From assembly GCA_051532035.1 (NCBI GenBank), contig JAOPTW010000001.1, forward strand, positions 21,128 to 85,127: a stretch of DNA of 64,000 nt, read 5' to 3'. The translations under genes were made by a program, and so were the position numbers. The number at the start of each line of letters is the position of its first letter. Within the stretch, counting starts at the first letter, position 1. Shown here piece by piece: positions 10,181 to 19,749 of this stretch. The notes below the pieces were generated by a model, which saw only the letters and a list, made by a program, of their open reading frames with translations, was not told the DNA's origin and searched no databases. This stretch comes from Fibrobacterales bacterium (GTDB lineage: Bacteria; Fibrobacterota; Fibrobacteria; Fibrobacterales; JAOPTW01).

Positions 10181-10780
10181 CTATTTTTCGCTAGTAATTG
10201 TCAGGTCATCTTGAATTGGTGCTAATTGAGTAGTGGTTTCATTAAAGAAAAAGAGGTATACAAGTCCAGCTGCGCCTGCAGCACCAAGAACACCACCTGC
10301 TATTTTAAGTCCATTGCCAGAAACAACAGATGCTGATGATGATTGAAAAAACTCTTCAGAGATCATAGTGAGGTTTTTACTGATACCACCATCTACATAG
10401 TTCTGTGCAATAGTCACCGTTTTCCCTGCAGTTACATCAAATAGCTCACAATGTATCGTAATAGCCCCGTCTTTCTTTTCTATAGATGGGATAATGAGAT
10501 AATCAGTTTCAAGAGCTGTTCCGAGCTCTTTCTTACAACTCGCTTCACAACGAGTAGGAACCATAACGCCTTTACGTTCGAGCATCGAGTCACGTTTACG
10601 AAGACTCATGACGGTCACTGCGTCATTTACGGTCAAAATGGTGATAAATCGTTCTTGAATATCTTCGATAACAGCAGTATTTTCAATACCTTGAACATCA
10701 AAGTCAAGTACCGATGCAGTTGGTGCATCGGCAAAAAGAGCTGAAGCTGTTAAAGTAAGTGCTATGAGTAATGAACGCAT
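10181..10780 (-). CDS. Secreted or membrane-anchored protein with TolB-N/CsgG-like alpha/beta domain
   Basis: Start reassigned to ATG 10780 (MRSLLIAL.., GGAGA RBS). Signal peptide, SVLDFDVQG, C-x3-C-x3-LG..L..DY motif, C-terminal Gly/Ala hydrophobic helix. Confidence 0.6.
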   Translation of the reverse strand: MRSLLIALTLTASALFADAPTASVLDFDVQGIENTAVIEDIQERFITILTVNDAVTVMSLRKRDSMLERKGVMVPTRCEASCKKELGTALETDYLIIPSIEKKDGAITIHCELFDVTAGKTVTIAQNYVDGGISKNLTMISEEFFQSSSASVVSGNGLKIAGGVLGAAGAAGLVYLFFFNETTTQLAPIQDDLTITSEK

Positions 10781-11010
10781 TGTATCTCCGGTGGTATAAA
10801 ATTTAGAATGCCTACTAAATATGGTTAATTTTGAGTATTTATTCAATGAAAGTAAACGGGATATTACATGAATGGCGATGGTTTTTGGTGGGATTGTGAT
10901 GAGGGTCACGTTTGAAATAAATATTGGTATTAAAGATTGTGCAGCTTGATCTATTTGGGTTAGGCCAAAATCATTATTATATTTCATACACAATGAACTA
11001 GGAGGTTGTT

Positions 11011-11616
11011 TTGGGAATATTATTAGTGTGCGCTATTGCTTTTTCATTATTTTTTATTGGGTGTCCAAAGGACCTTAAAACGGTCGGTACTGTTGATATT
11101 AGTAAATTGATTACTCAAAAGGATCTTGCGGAGATGGGGTATGAGAAAGCGGTTGATTCGCTTTTGGGGGAGATTGTTACGGTTTCTGGGTTAAAACACA
11201 TAAGTGTAACAGGTGATGTAGGTATGGTAAAAGAACGTAATATGTGTGATCAATACTTTTATATGGCAGATGAATATAATAAAAATTTTCGACCAGTAAA
11301 AATAAGCGGATATACGACAGCAATTTCAGGGCTATTTAATTTGAATAGTAATCAGATTAAAGGAATCTTTAGCCATTCAAAAAATGTTTCCACATCTATG
11401 GATGTGGAGGAACCTACATTTTTTAAGCAAGATGTATGTGATCCTGGGCCAAATAATCCAGAGCCATATAAGAATACTCCAGAATTTACTCGTGAAACAA
11501 ATACTAATATCATAAATAGCCCTGACTTGATCGTGACGGGAAAAATTGTTGAAATCCATGGGAAGCCTGGGAAAAATATCACCCTTTCCATTCGAGCGAT
11601 AGGTATTAGTTATTAG
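11011..11616 (+). CDS. Hypothetical lipoprotein (candidate T6SS immunity protein)
   Basis: AGGAGG RBS before TTG start, lipobox FFIG-C, converges on the putative effector gene. Confidence 0.6.
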   Translation: MGILLVCAIAFSLFFIGCPKDLKTVGTVDISKLITQKDLAEMGYEKAVDSLLGEIVTVSGLKHISVTGDVGMVKERNMCDQYFYMADEYNKNFRPVKISGYTTAISGLFNLNSNQIKGIFSHSKNVSTSMDVEEPTFFKQDVCDPGPNNPEPYKNTPEFTRETNTNIINSPDLIVTGKIVEIHGKPGKNITLSIRAIGISY

Positions 11617-11634
11617 TATTTTTAAAATTTCAAG

Positions 11635-11676
11635 AAAATAAAGTGCTATGGGATTCATCCCATAGCACTTTATTTT
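11635..11676. terminator. Bidirectional terminator
   Basis: Perfect 20-bp inverted repeat aaaataaagtgctatgggat-tc-atcccatagcactttatttt between convergent genes. Confidence 0.85.
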
Positions 11677-14666
11677 TGCACACTTATTACAAAATCTGAA
11701 CCTTCTAACAGGGTAAAAGCTTTTGAAGTAGCTTTAGTAAGGTTTTGATCTCCACAGAGTTGAAAGAGTGGATAAACTTTACATTCTGTACTTCCCTCAT
11801 CCCAATCTGTAACATCATTTTTATCGATTACAAGAGAACCATAGATTTGTTGACCGATAAGAGTTGTGTCTGCTAATTTGTATAAATTCCAATGATTGCC
11901 TTTAACTTTTATGTTGCCGTCCATCCAGCCAATGTTTTCTTCTCTCAATTTAACCCAAATCTGTTTGTCTAGATAGTTATTGATTTGGATATTGTATGTT
12001 ATAAATTTATTTGAGTGAAGTATATGTGAATTCACTTTTACTTCTGGTTTAGAAATGCTTAAATGTTCATTAAATAATGAAATCTCATTCTTCTTTCCAG
12101 GTTCCTTAATTTGAGGGGCAACCTTAAACACATTGTCGTCATGGCCCTTGAAGAAATCGTGATTGGCACTAAGTTCAAAGAGAGATATTATGTTTTTATC
12201 ATCATCAGTCTGTTGGACTTCTTCAGTCTCTCCATCTTTATCAACTAGCTTATCCAAAGTAAATTTAATATGGCAAACTAATGCCCATTTTCCTTTATTA
12301 GGTTCAGCACATTCTTCAACAACTAATTTTAAGTCATCAAGGTATTCTAAATTAGCTCCATTAGATGGAATAACTTTCAGTAACCCTTTTGCATCATCAA
12401 GTCCAGGTTTGTCACAAACATCTAATGTTTGAAGCTCAAAGGAGGTCCACTCACCAATAACAATAGAATCTTTAGCTCCTTCTGAAAATCCGATATTTTT
12501 TCCAAATTTAGATTCATAAAACATGATTTCTTTTTTAGGTAATTCAATTCTATCCATAAAGGGGAGTGAAAGATACGATTCATCTCCAAAAACTATACGG
12601 TCTTTATTAACATCATATAATTTACCGGTAAGGAAGTTATATTGAAGTTGTAGATACGAGAGCTGAAAACAAAATTTACCATCTATTTGAAGTGATGCTG
12701 TTGGGTCCCAATCGAAATCAGCTTCACCATCTTTTGTCGACCACTCTAGGGAGAAAGAAATCCCTGCACTTTTTGTGAGGCTCGCTTGTACGTATGCCTT
12801 CACGGCAAGTGCTTCAAGAAGGTCTTGTAATGGAGCAAGTAAATCCTGTTCGCCATTGTCTTCACCAAAAGTGTCATCGCCATTGGCATCTTTAAGAGAA
12901 GCTATTTCACTTGCAGCCATTGTCCAAACAGCTTGAAGAATGACATCTAAACTTATTTTTCCTTCGCCGGAAATGCCTATGCTAAAGGTATGCTTTGTGC
13001 CACCATCATCTTCATCTTTCTGATCGTAGCTCACCTTAAATTTAATTTCTGCACTAGCACTGAGTTTAACTTGAAAGTTCAGAAAACCAAAAAGTATCAA
13101 GCCACATGGCTGTGGGAAAACTTTTTTTGACTTGCCTTCGAAAATACTTAATTCAACGCCAAAGGTTGTAGAGTTATCCTTAGTTGTATCACTCTTTAAC
13201 TTGTTAAGTACTTTCTTAAAGTAGGTATCGCCATCTTGGCTGGTCATTTTCATTTCATCAGAAAACTCATTACCAATATTTTTAAGTAATGGCCAAAAGT
13301 ATCCTTTCTTTTTAGTACCGACCTGCCTCATACCTTTTGCTAAAGCAAGAGATTCTGTTTTTGTTTTAGAAACAAACTCTTTGTATTTGAAATCCGGCCC
13401 TAGAATGCCAGCTTTAATTGCTGCTTTATATGCATGACCGAGAACTTCTGTTAACTTTTCAAAATTTTCGGCTTCTTCAATCGTTTTCTTTATTGAGGTA
13501 AAGTTATCAAAACCTGCAACAGCATAGGCTGCAAGTATTTCTGCAGCTCCAACATTGTCAATAAGAAAATCAATAGTTTTCAAACCTTTTTGCAATTGCT
13601 TTCTATCTTTGCCCTTCGCTGCCATCTTTGCTTGTGCGAAAAGGAGAACACCACTAAAAACTGATACAGCAGTGGAGATACTGAGAAGTGATACCCAATT
13701 GATTTCTTTGGGCTCAGCGGCTTTATATGAGCTAGGTGTGATTTTATTAATGAGTTGTATTGACTCCTTAGGGATTAAGGCAATAAGCATTAGATTTTTG
13801 TTGCCGCTAATGATTCTATCACGCCTCCATGTATGATTTTGGTAAGTTTGCGGATTATTTCTGTCATTTCTAATGGGGTCTAAGTTATTCATATTGGTCA
13901 TTAGGGCATCATTGTCCATTTCAACCAACATATTAGACTTGAAATTTGATTCAAAGTCGTAGTCTGCGTTTCGTGCCCAAATTTTTAAATAACAACCAGC
14001 GGTATAATCATTTGGATTATATTTTTCACCATATTTTTCATGTATCTTTTTAAGACGTTCTGCTTGCCCTTTTTGAGAGTGATCATTGCGAACATCAACA
14101 TAAAATTTATATTTTATTACACCGTCAGTTTCTGTATCTACTAGAATATCTTGGGTAATTTGCTTATTTTCAGTATCATGTCTACGAGATACAAGTTTTT
14201 GGTCTGCTCCATTAATTTCACCAAAAAAGAATCCAATTCTAGGGAAATCATCAACTACCCAACCATTTTCATCAACCGCTTTACCAATAGAAGGGGGTTG
14301 TAAAAAAGACCATACTTCTGCATTAGGCCATGTTTCCGCTCTGCCTGGAAGGTACGATCCTCCAGGGGTGATTTCTAGAATAACCCACTGTCTTACGGAG
14401 TTACAAAATACACCAGAATGCTTATTCTTTCCACTATACTGGAGGCTTGAATTATTTTCAATTACGAGTGTAGGTTTGTTATCATCATCTTTGTCTGTTT
14501 CAACTTCAAGGTAATCACCAATCTCTTTTTTGTATTCATCCGAAAAATCAAGTTGTGGATTTTCATGCGTTTTATCAAATGATTGTTCGGTGTCAGTCCA
14601 GTAAATTCTTACACCCTTCCAGCTTTCTTGGGAGGTGTTTATATTTTTAAATGCTTTAGATGTCAT
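11670..14666 (-). CDS. Large hypothetical protein, putative T6SS cargo effector
   Basis: 998 aa, no signal peptide, last gene of the DUF2169-PAAR operon. Internal hydrophobic helix WVSLLSISTAVSVFSGVLLFAQA followed by amphipathic beta-strand region. Confidence 0.55.
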   Translation of the reverse strand: MTSKAFKNINTSQESWKGVRIYWTDTEQSFDKTHENPQLDFSDEYKKEIGDYLEVETDKDDDNKPTLVIENNSSLQYSGKNKHSGVFCNSVRQWVILEITPGGSYLPGRAETWPNAEVWSFLQPPSIGKAVDENGWVVDDFPRIGFFFGEINGADQKLVSRRHDTENKQITQDILVDTETDGVIKYKFYVDVRNDHSQKGQAERLKKIHEKYGEKYNPNDYTAGCYLKIWARNADYDFESNFKSNMLVEMDNDALMTNMNNLDPIRNDRNNPQTYQNHTWRRDRIISGNKNLMLIALIPKESIQLINKITPSSYKAAEPKEINWVSLLSISTAVSVFSGVLLFAQAKMAAKGKDRKQLQKGLKTIDFLIDNVGAAEILAAYAVAGFDNFTSIKKTIEEAENFEKLTEVLGHAYKAAIKAGILGPDFKYKEFVSKTKTESLALAKGMRQVGTKKKGYFWPLLKNIGNEFSDEMKMTSQDGDTYFKKVLNKLKSDTTKDNSTTFGVELSIFEGKSKKVFPQPCGLILFGFLNFQVKLSASAEIKFKVSYDQKDEDDGGTKHTFSIGISGEGKISLDVILQAVWTMAASEIASLKDANGDDTFGEDNGEQDLLAPLQDLLEALAVKAYVQASLTKSAGISFSLEWSTKDGEADFDWDPTASLQIDGKFCFQLSYLQLQYNFLTGKLYDVNKDRIVFGDESYLSLPFMDRIELPKKEIMFYESKFGKNIGFSEGAKDSIVIGEWTSFELQTLDVCDKPGLDDAKGLLKVIPSNGANLEYLDDLKLVVEECAEPNKGKWALVCHIKFTLDKLVDKDGETEEVQQTDDDKNIISLFELSANHDFFKGHDDNVFKVAPQIKEPGKKNEISLFNEHLSISKPEVKVNSHILHSNKFITYNIQINNYLDKQIWVKLREENIGWMDGNIKVKGNHWNLYKLADTTLIGQQIYGSLVIDKNDVTDWDEGSTECKVYPLFQLCGDQNLTKATSKAFTLLEGSDFVISVQK

Positions 14667-14684
14667 AAATTGTCCAAGTAAACA

Positions 14685-15833
14685 TTAACGTTTTTTCATA
14701 TTCGGTTCCGTATATGTGAAGGAACCAGTAATATATTTATGGTCTGTCCCATCTGATATATCTTTATCGCGTTTCCCATCAAGACTAGTAGAGTCCTGTA
14801 GCATGTCGCCAGGGTGGACGGCTGCTTTCCCATTGTAAAAGAAGGTTTCGCCTTTTATACCCCATGTTGCGCTGTTAAACCTACATGGTAGAACTTCAAA
14901 AATATCATCTGGATTTTGAAGTTCCTTGTCTATATACCATCTTTCAGGCTGTTTGGGATTATAGGCCGTAAATTGTTTAGGGTTGTCAAATGGGTCTAAG
15001 ATTTTCGTAAAATCACTATAGAGAGTAATTGCAAATAAATCGAATGGATAGTAGTAGGTACTGCCACTTAAAAAAGGCAGTCTCGTATCAGGGTACTGAT
15101 CTTTATACAACTCATAGAGTAAATGTGGAAGAGGGTTATAGTCATCTGTCCACGATGGAATCTGCAACTCTACCCCTTCTTCTAAAGGCTTTTTAAAATC
15201 ATCACTTAATACATCTTTGTTGAATTCAAAAAGAGGTATAGCTGAAGGAAACCCCCATGAGTATGCTATTGCATTAAGGTTTTCTCCTTTTTGAGTAATA
15301 TGAGTCAATGGTAAAATTGAAAAAGAATACCAAGGATGACTACATTTATATTTACTCCACCAATCATTTCTAAAAATGGTGTCAGCCCAAAAAACGCCTT
15401 CAAATTTTGTGTCAAATGTATATCCGTCATTTTCTGGTTCATCGATTGAATATGTCATTCCTTCATAATAATCAAGTCGTTTTAATTTTCGAATATCATA
15501 TTCTTCATCAGGATGAAAGGGGATTGGAGAGAGGTTACCTTCGGCATCTAGCTCTTGGTCTGAAGCTCCTTTAATGATCATATATTTAGAGGGCATTAAA
15601 TTAGGGTTATTATCGGATTCATTCTCGGGGGCATTGAAATGTTTAACTGCAAGATCACACATGTAGTCATAGTTTAGTGAATATGCTCCTAATAGGGCTG
15701 CACCAAATCCTTTTTCGTCCTCAATCTCTGTTAATATCCTTGCAGCGTATTTTATAGTAAATTCAGGAATTATTTTAAAACTGTTTTCATAGCCTGACCA
15801 TATTCGATTTTCAGTTTGAAAAAAATCTGACAT
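14685..15833 (-). CDS. Hypothetical protein with internal LysM-like domain (T6SS adaptor/co-effector candidate)
   Basis: HITQKGENLNAIAYSWGF...N.....L..G..LQIP matches the LysM pattern. ATG overlaps the PAAR stop (TAATG). Confidence 0.55.
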   Translation of the reverse strand: MSDFFQTENRIWSGYENSFKIIPEFTIKYAARILTEIEDEKGFGAALLGAYSLNYDYMCDLAVKHFNAPENESDNNPNLMPSKYMIIKGASDQELDAEGNLSPIPFHPDEEYDIRKLKRLDYYEGMTYSIDEPENDGYTFDTKFEGVFWADTIFRNDWWSKYKCSHPWYSFSILPLTHITQKGENLNAIAYSWGFPSAIPLFEFNKDVLSDDFKKPLEEGVELQIPSWTDDYNPLPHLLYELYKDQYPDTRLPFLSGSTYYYPFDLFAITLYSDFTKILDPFDNPKQFTAYNPKQPERWYIDKELQNPDDIFEVLPCRFNSATWGIKGETFFYNGKAAVHPGDMLQDSTSLDGKRDKDISDGTDHKYITGSFTYTEPNMKKR

Positions 15834-16921
15834 TACTCTTCCTCCGGTAACACTTCAATAGTTGCTTGACCAGGAGGTACATCCTCTAATTCTATCTTCC
15901 CATCTCCGTCAGTTGTGCCTTCTACTATAGCGCCGGTTGCAAAATGGACTTTTACCCTTCTCTCTGCAATAGGTGTATCTTTTGGGTCAAGTACTGTGGC
16001 AGTAAATATTGCGGTAATTTTAACTGCAGGTGCAACTGCAATTAAATGTTCTGCAATTACATAAGCGTTTAAACCTGATAATTCAATATCATCATTACCT
16101 ATTACATCGAAAATATGATCCTCAGTCAAAGTCCACTCAACCTCAACAGCCTCACCAGATATCTCAGCATCAATAGTCTCGAGTACATGTTGATCTTTAT
16201 TATTGACCAGAGCCATAATCTGAACCTTACACGGTCCATCCTCAAATCCAGGCGCCTCACAAGTAATTGTAACTGCTTCATCCTGTTGTACCGGATCAGA
16301 ACCAATCTCCGCATTACACAAATCCTTAACTTTAATCTCAACACTTCCAGCCTCAGCATACCCTTCATAGTGTGCTTCACCCTCAGAATTACTCGTTCCA
16401 ATAAGCTCTTCACCAGCAGGATCAGTCATAGTAAAGGGAACACCATTAACTGGTTTACCGGCTGCATCTAAAAATTCTACATCAACAATGTGAAGTTCAG
16501 TAGGCTCTGTAAGCTCTTTTACTTCCATGGCAGTTATGCCGCCCGGGCCTTTCGTCGCGGCTTTAGCAGCGCTTGCAGCAGCGGCTGCGGCACCACCGCC
16601 TCCACCTCCGGCACCAGGGCCGATAAGTACGGTCATCTCACCAAGGATTATGGTTGATGGGGGGCCAACACAGACTGCCATATCGCCCATTACTGCTGCT
16701 GGCATTTTACCAATGAGTACGGTTGGGGAACCGGGTCCACTGATAGGGCCACCAACGTGGGGGATAGGGGCAGGCGCAGGTGTGGCCATCGGACACATAT
16801 GCATATCTGTTAACCGGGCTGCGGGCATTTTTCCGATCATTACTGTCGGACATCCTGGGCCACTGATCATACCGCCGTGCGCGGTAGAATCCATGAGTCG
16901 TGCGGCTGGTTTACCGGCCAT
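15833..16921 (-). CDS. PAAR spike-tip protein with C-terminal transthyretin-like (TTR) extension domains
   Basis: PAAR/PAAR/PAAV motifs with His/Cys Zn ligands, Gly/Ala linker, two LD..G/D.P....G.T/S..G..TTR-like modules. Confidence 0.9.
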   Translation of the reverse strand: MAGKPAARLMDSTAHGGMISGPGCPTVMIGKMPAARLTDMHMCPMATPAPAPIPHVGGPISGPGSPTVLIGKMPAAVMGDMAVCVGPPSTIILGEMTVLIGPGAGGGGGGAAAAAASAAKAATKGPGGITAMEVKELTEPTELHIVDVEFLDAAGKPVNGVPFTMTDPAGEELIGTSNSEGEAHYEGYAEAGSVEIKVKDLCNAEIGSDPVQQDEAVTITCEAPGFEDGPCKVQIMALVNNKDQHVLETIDAEISGEAVEVEWTLTEDHIFDVIGNDDIELSGLNAYVIAEHLIAVAPAVKITAIFTATVLDPKDTPIAERRVKVHFATGAIVEGTTDGDGKIELEDVPPGQATIEVLPEEE

Positions 16922-17996
16922 TGAACACCTCCATACCGAATTTAAATTCAGAAAAATTTTTCATAGACTCCACACCTTCATAAAAGCTTGAAGCACGCCA
17001 GACCAGGGTAAGTTGATTGGTCTCTTTGTGGATCTCTACGGTCTGAATAACAGTATCCATAATTTGAAGTCCGGTGCCGACATTAAGCCATGCCTTCATA
17101 GTAATACCGGGAAGTTTACATTCAAATTTGGGATGTTCTGCATCCATGTACATCATTCTGATTGTTTCGTCGCCCTTGAGATACGGAAGTCGCATCCCTG
17201 TTTGGGCACTGTTGTAGAATAAGGGATTGATTAAAGGGGTTGGGTCGCCGAGGGACTGGGGGTCAGCACCATTAGCCAGCTGTTCTTTTCTGGCCGCTTC
17301 ATTAGCGATGTGTTGTTCCATAGGTAGTCCTGCGTGTAAATATCGTGGGTAGCTATTTTTTGCTACAGGCCCTAACCCTACAGGGTCAGGTGCTTTTTTC
17401 CAATTATTATAATCTTTGAGAATCAGTTTCTCAGGGGTCAGTAAGTTATAAGGGTCTTCTAGGTTAGGGAGCTCAAGATCATGTAGAGAGTCAGCTTTCT
17501 CTTTAACAACAAAGCCTTTCCCTGCGGGATTTTTCTGATAGGTATATTGCACACCCTCATCCGACTTATCATCGATGCCACCATAGGCTAAGCCAGAGTG
17601 GATAGGCATCTCATCAAATAATTCGGGTTCGGTAAATTCAAATCCAAAGGGTGTTTTATTTACCTTTCGGTTTCCAAAAACTCTAATCTGTTTTATAAAG
17701 TTGCCAATACCAACGGCAAGATCAAAATACTTGGCTCGCTTCCCATTGGGAGCTATTGCCTTTCCTTTAAACAGAACGTCAGTTGCAGGCTTAAATGCCA
17801 CAAGATCTGATTCATGTTTAATGGGATCAGTAATGGGGTTGTCACCATAATACTCATCACTATCGTGAAAAGGAATAGGTGATTCTTTGTCGATTTGAGC
17901 AATAAGACCATGTTCGAAATTGAATGTCTCTTTCCCAAGCACTGACAATATGGGCGTACCGTCTGGTGATGTTCCTGGGATTATTCTCGTAAACAT
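16911..17996 (-). CDS. DUF2169 family T6SS accessory/chaperone protein (copy 1)
   Basis: ESDLVAFKPATDV, LAYGG, NPAGKG, LPNLEDP, YNSA and LVWR motifs. Overlaps the PAAR start. Confidence 0.9.
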   Translation of the reverse strand: MFTRIIPGTSPDGTPILSVLGKETFNFEHGLIAQIDKESPIPFHDSDEYYGDNPITDPIKHESDLVAFKPATDVLFKGKAIAPNGKRAKYFDLAVGIGNFIKQIRVFGNRKVNKTPFGFEFTEPELFDEMPIHSGLAYGGIDDKSDEGVQYTYQKNPAGKGFVVKEKADSLHDLELPNLEDPYNLLTPEKLILKDYNNWKKAPDPVGLGPVAKNSYPRYLHAGLPMEQHIANEAARKEQLANGADPQSLGDPTPLINPLFYNSAQTGMRLPYLKGDETIRMMYMDAEHPKFECKLPGITMKAWLNVGTGLQIMDTVIQTVEIHKETNQLTLVWRASSFYEGVESMKNFSEFKFGMEVFNGR

Positions 17997-18205
17997 AGTT
18001 TTAGTTCCAAAAGTTTCTTCAATAGGTAAAACAAAATATCAACTCGCAGGGTTAAAAAGCAATTATTCTAAATACACTGTGTATACCAATAGGGGTGTCA
18101 CTGTAGTTGTTAATAAAAAGTTCGACACTCTTTTTCAAAATAAGATGCTTCCCATCCGTTCAAGTCTTAAACAGTTAGGAGTAAATTATATAAAAAAAAG
18201 GGTGA

Positions 18206-18646
18206 TTAATTGTTTTGTAAATAATCGTTTACAAATAGACGTCCAAGGTCGTCAACAGCTTTGAGGAGTTCAAGCTCTTTGTACTCACCCATCTTCCATG
18301 TATCCCACGTCGCAGCATCAACCTGCTTATTGTTAAAGCCCAGATAGGCTCCTTGGTGTATTTGGAGTGAAAGGTGGGCGACATAGGTACCCTGGTTACT
18401 ACTAATTGCATTTATAAAAAGTTTTAAAATCACACTACTTGAATTTTCAATTTTAAAGCCACGTCTTTGAAGCCGCTTTGTAATGATCTCACGGTACTCT
18501 TTTTCAAAGTGCTTGAGCTCTTTATTACAGTGAACCCGAACTTCTACCCCAAATTGTTTGAGGTTTCGTAGTGTTTTACCGCCATAATAGACATCGGATG
18601 CAGAGAGAGGGGCTAATAACAGAAGGAGGGCTAAAAGAAATTTCAT
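18206..18646 (-). CDS. Secreted hypothetical protein
   Basis: 146 aa with a clear signal peptide MKFLLALLLLLAPLSA. Confidence 0.65.
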   Translation of the reverse strand: MKFLLALLLLLAPLSASDVYYGGKTLRNLKQFGVEVRVHCNKELKHFEKEYREIITKRLQRRGFKIENSSSVILKLFINAISSNQGTYVAHLSLQIHQGAYLGFNNKQVDAATWDTWKMGEYKELELLKAVDDLGRLFVNDYLQNN

Positions 18647-18863
18647 AATTACCAGTTTTTGGGTATTTTAAGTGAAAAATAGCAAAAAGCGCTATTTTAA
18701 AAGGGTTAAAACCACAAAAAAGTTAGTAAGAATTACCTGGTTATCTTATGAATTTCTACAAATAAGCGATTATGGCCTCAAAAGTGTGATGAGCGTCATA
18801 CCTGTGTTTTGACCTTTCTGATTTTTAATTATATTTGTCATAAATAACCAGATAATTGAGATT

Positions 18864-19382
18864 ATGCCAAAATATCTAATTGCAATCACTATCGCATTCT
18901 TATTCATAGGGTGTGCGGGAACTCCAAAAGTACGAACGGTACATGTTGAAAAAGAGTTTTCGAGAGCTGGTGGTAAAAATATTAATGAGAAACTTGTCAA
19001 ATGGCGAGAGATCAAGAAAGAGAAGCTGAAAGAAGTTGCTGATAGTTATCTCGGTGTCCCGTATCTTTGGGGTGGTAACACACGTAAAGGAATAGATTGT
19101 TCTGCATTTATCAGAGCGGTATTTAAAGAGGTCTACGATCTTGATATGCCAAGAAGAGCGACCTGGCAGGGCGAATTTGGCGTATTTATATTTAAGTATA
19201 ATATTCAGCCGGGTGACTTGGTCTTTTTTGGACCCGATCCAGAAGATATTACTCATGTAGGTCTCTATATGGGAGATGGTAAATTTATTAATGCAACCTC
19301 CTCTGGCGGGGTAAAATACTCAGGCCTCGATGAGAAGTATTGGGCAAAACAGTATCAGTTTGCAAAGCGGTTTGTTTATTAA
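18864..19382 (+). CDS. NlpC/P60 (C40) peptidoglycan endopeptidase lipoprotein
   Basis: Lipobox FIG-C. YLWGG, GIDCSAF, GDLVFF and HVGLY catalytic motifs. Confidence 0.92.
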   Translation: MPKYLIAITIAFLFIGCAGTPKVRTVHVEKEFSRAGGKNINEKLVKWREIKKEKLKEVADSYLGVPYLWGGNTRKGIDCSAFIRAVFKEVYDLDMPRRATWQGEFGVFIFKYNIQPGDLVFFGPDPEDITHVGLYMGDGKFINATSSGGVKYSGLDEKYWAKQYQFAKRFVY

Positions 19383-19429
19383 GAATAGACTTTAGAGGCG
19401 CCCTCAAAGTGTAGTATGGTGATTAATTG

Positions 19430-19456
19430 GGCTCAGAGTATCTCTGAGCCTTTTTT
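19430..19456 (+). terminator. Rho-independent terminator of the NlpC/P60 gene
   Basis: ggctcagag-tat-ctctgagcc followed by T6. Confidence 0.8.
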
Positions 19457-19685
19457 GTTTCTTTAAGTTGTGTTGTGTGACCGTTAAGTGTCTTTTGTTC
19501 ACCAGAGATCCGTCTCCTCATTGAATTATGATGAATTACTTAAGGGGACTGAGTGAAGGCCTATCTGGTATAGCCATCCTTCATGCGGTTAGTGACTTTA
19601 TAAGAATGACCCAGAAGTCCTCTGAACTCATAAAATACATGAACGGAATAGACAAATGTCGAATAGAGAAGAGTGGATAAAATAA

Positions 19686-19722
19686 AAAAGAGGCTGTCTC
19701 TTAATTGGAGACAGCCTCTTTT
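19686..19722 (-). terminator. Rho-independent terminator (possibly bidirectional)
   Basis: aaaagaggctgtctc-ttaattg-gagacagcctctttt hairpin downstream of the SBP gene. Confidence 0.8.
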
Positions 19723-19749
19723 GATATAATCGAGTAATACGGGAATAGA

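Noticed and set aside
10781..10993. N-terminal extension of the 270-aa ORF
   Set aside because: The signal peptide and RBS begin at ATG 10780, and the upstream part is AT-rich divergent promoter DNA.
16527..16991. GC-rich patch and antisense Pro/Ala-rich 154-aa ORF
   Set aside because: Explained by Gly/Pro/Ala codons of the PAAR domain and linker on the opposite strand.
17920..18264. 114-aa plus-strand ORF between DUF2169 and the secreted protein gene
   Set aside because: It overlaps both neighbours on the opposite strand and spans probable promoter DNA.
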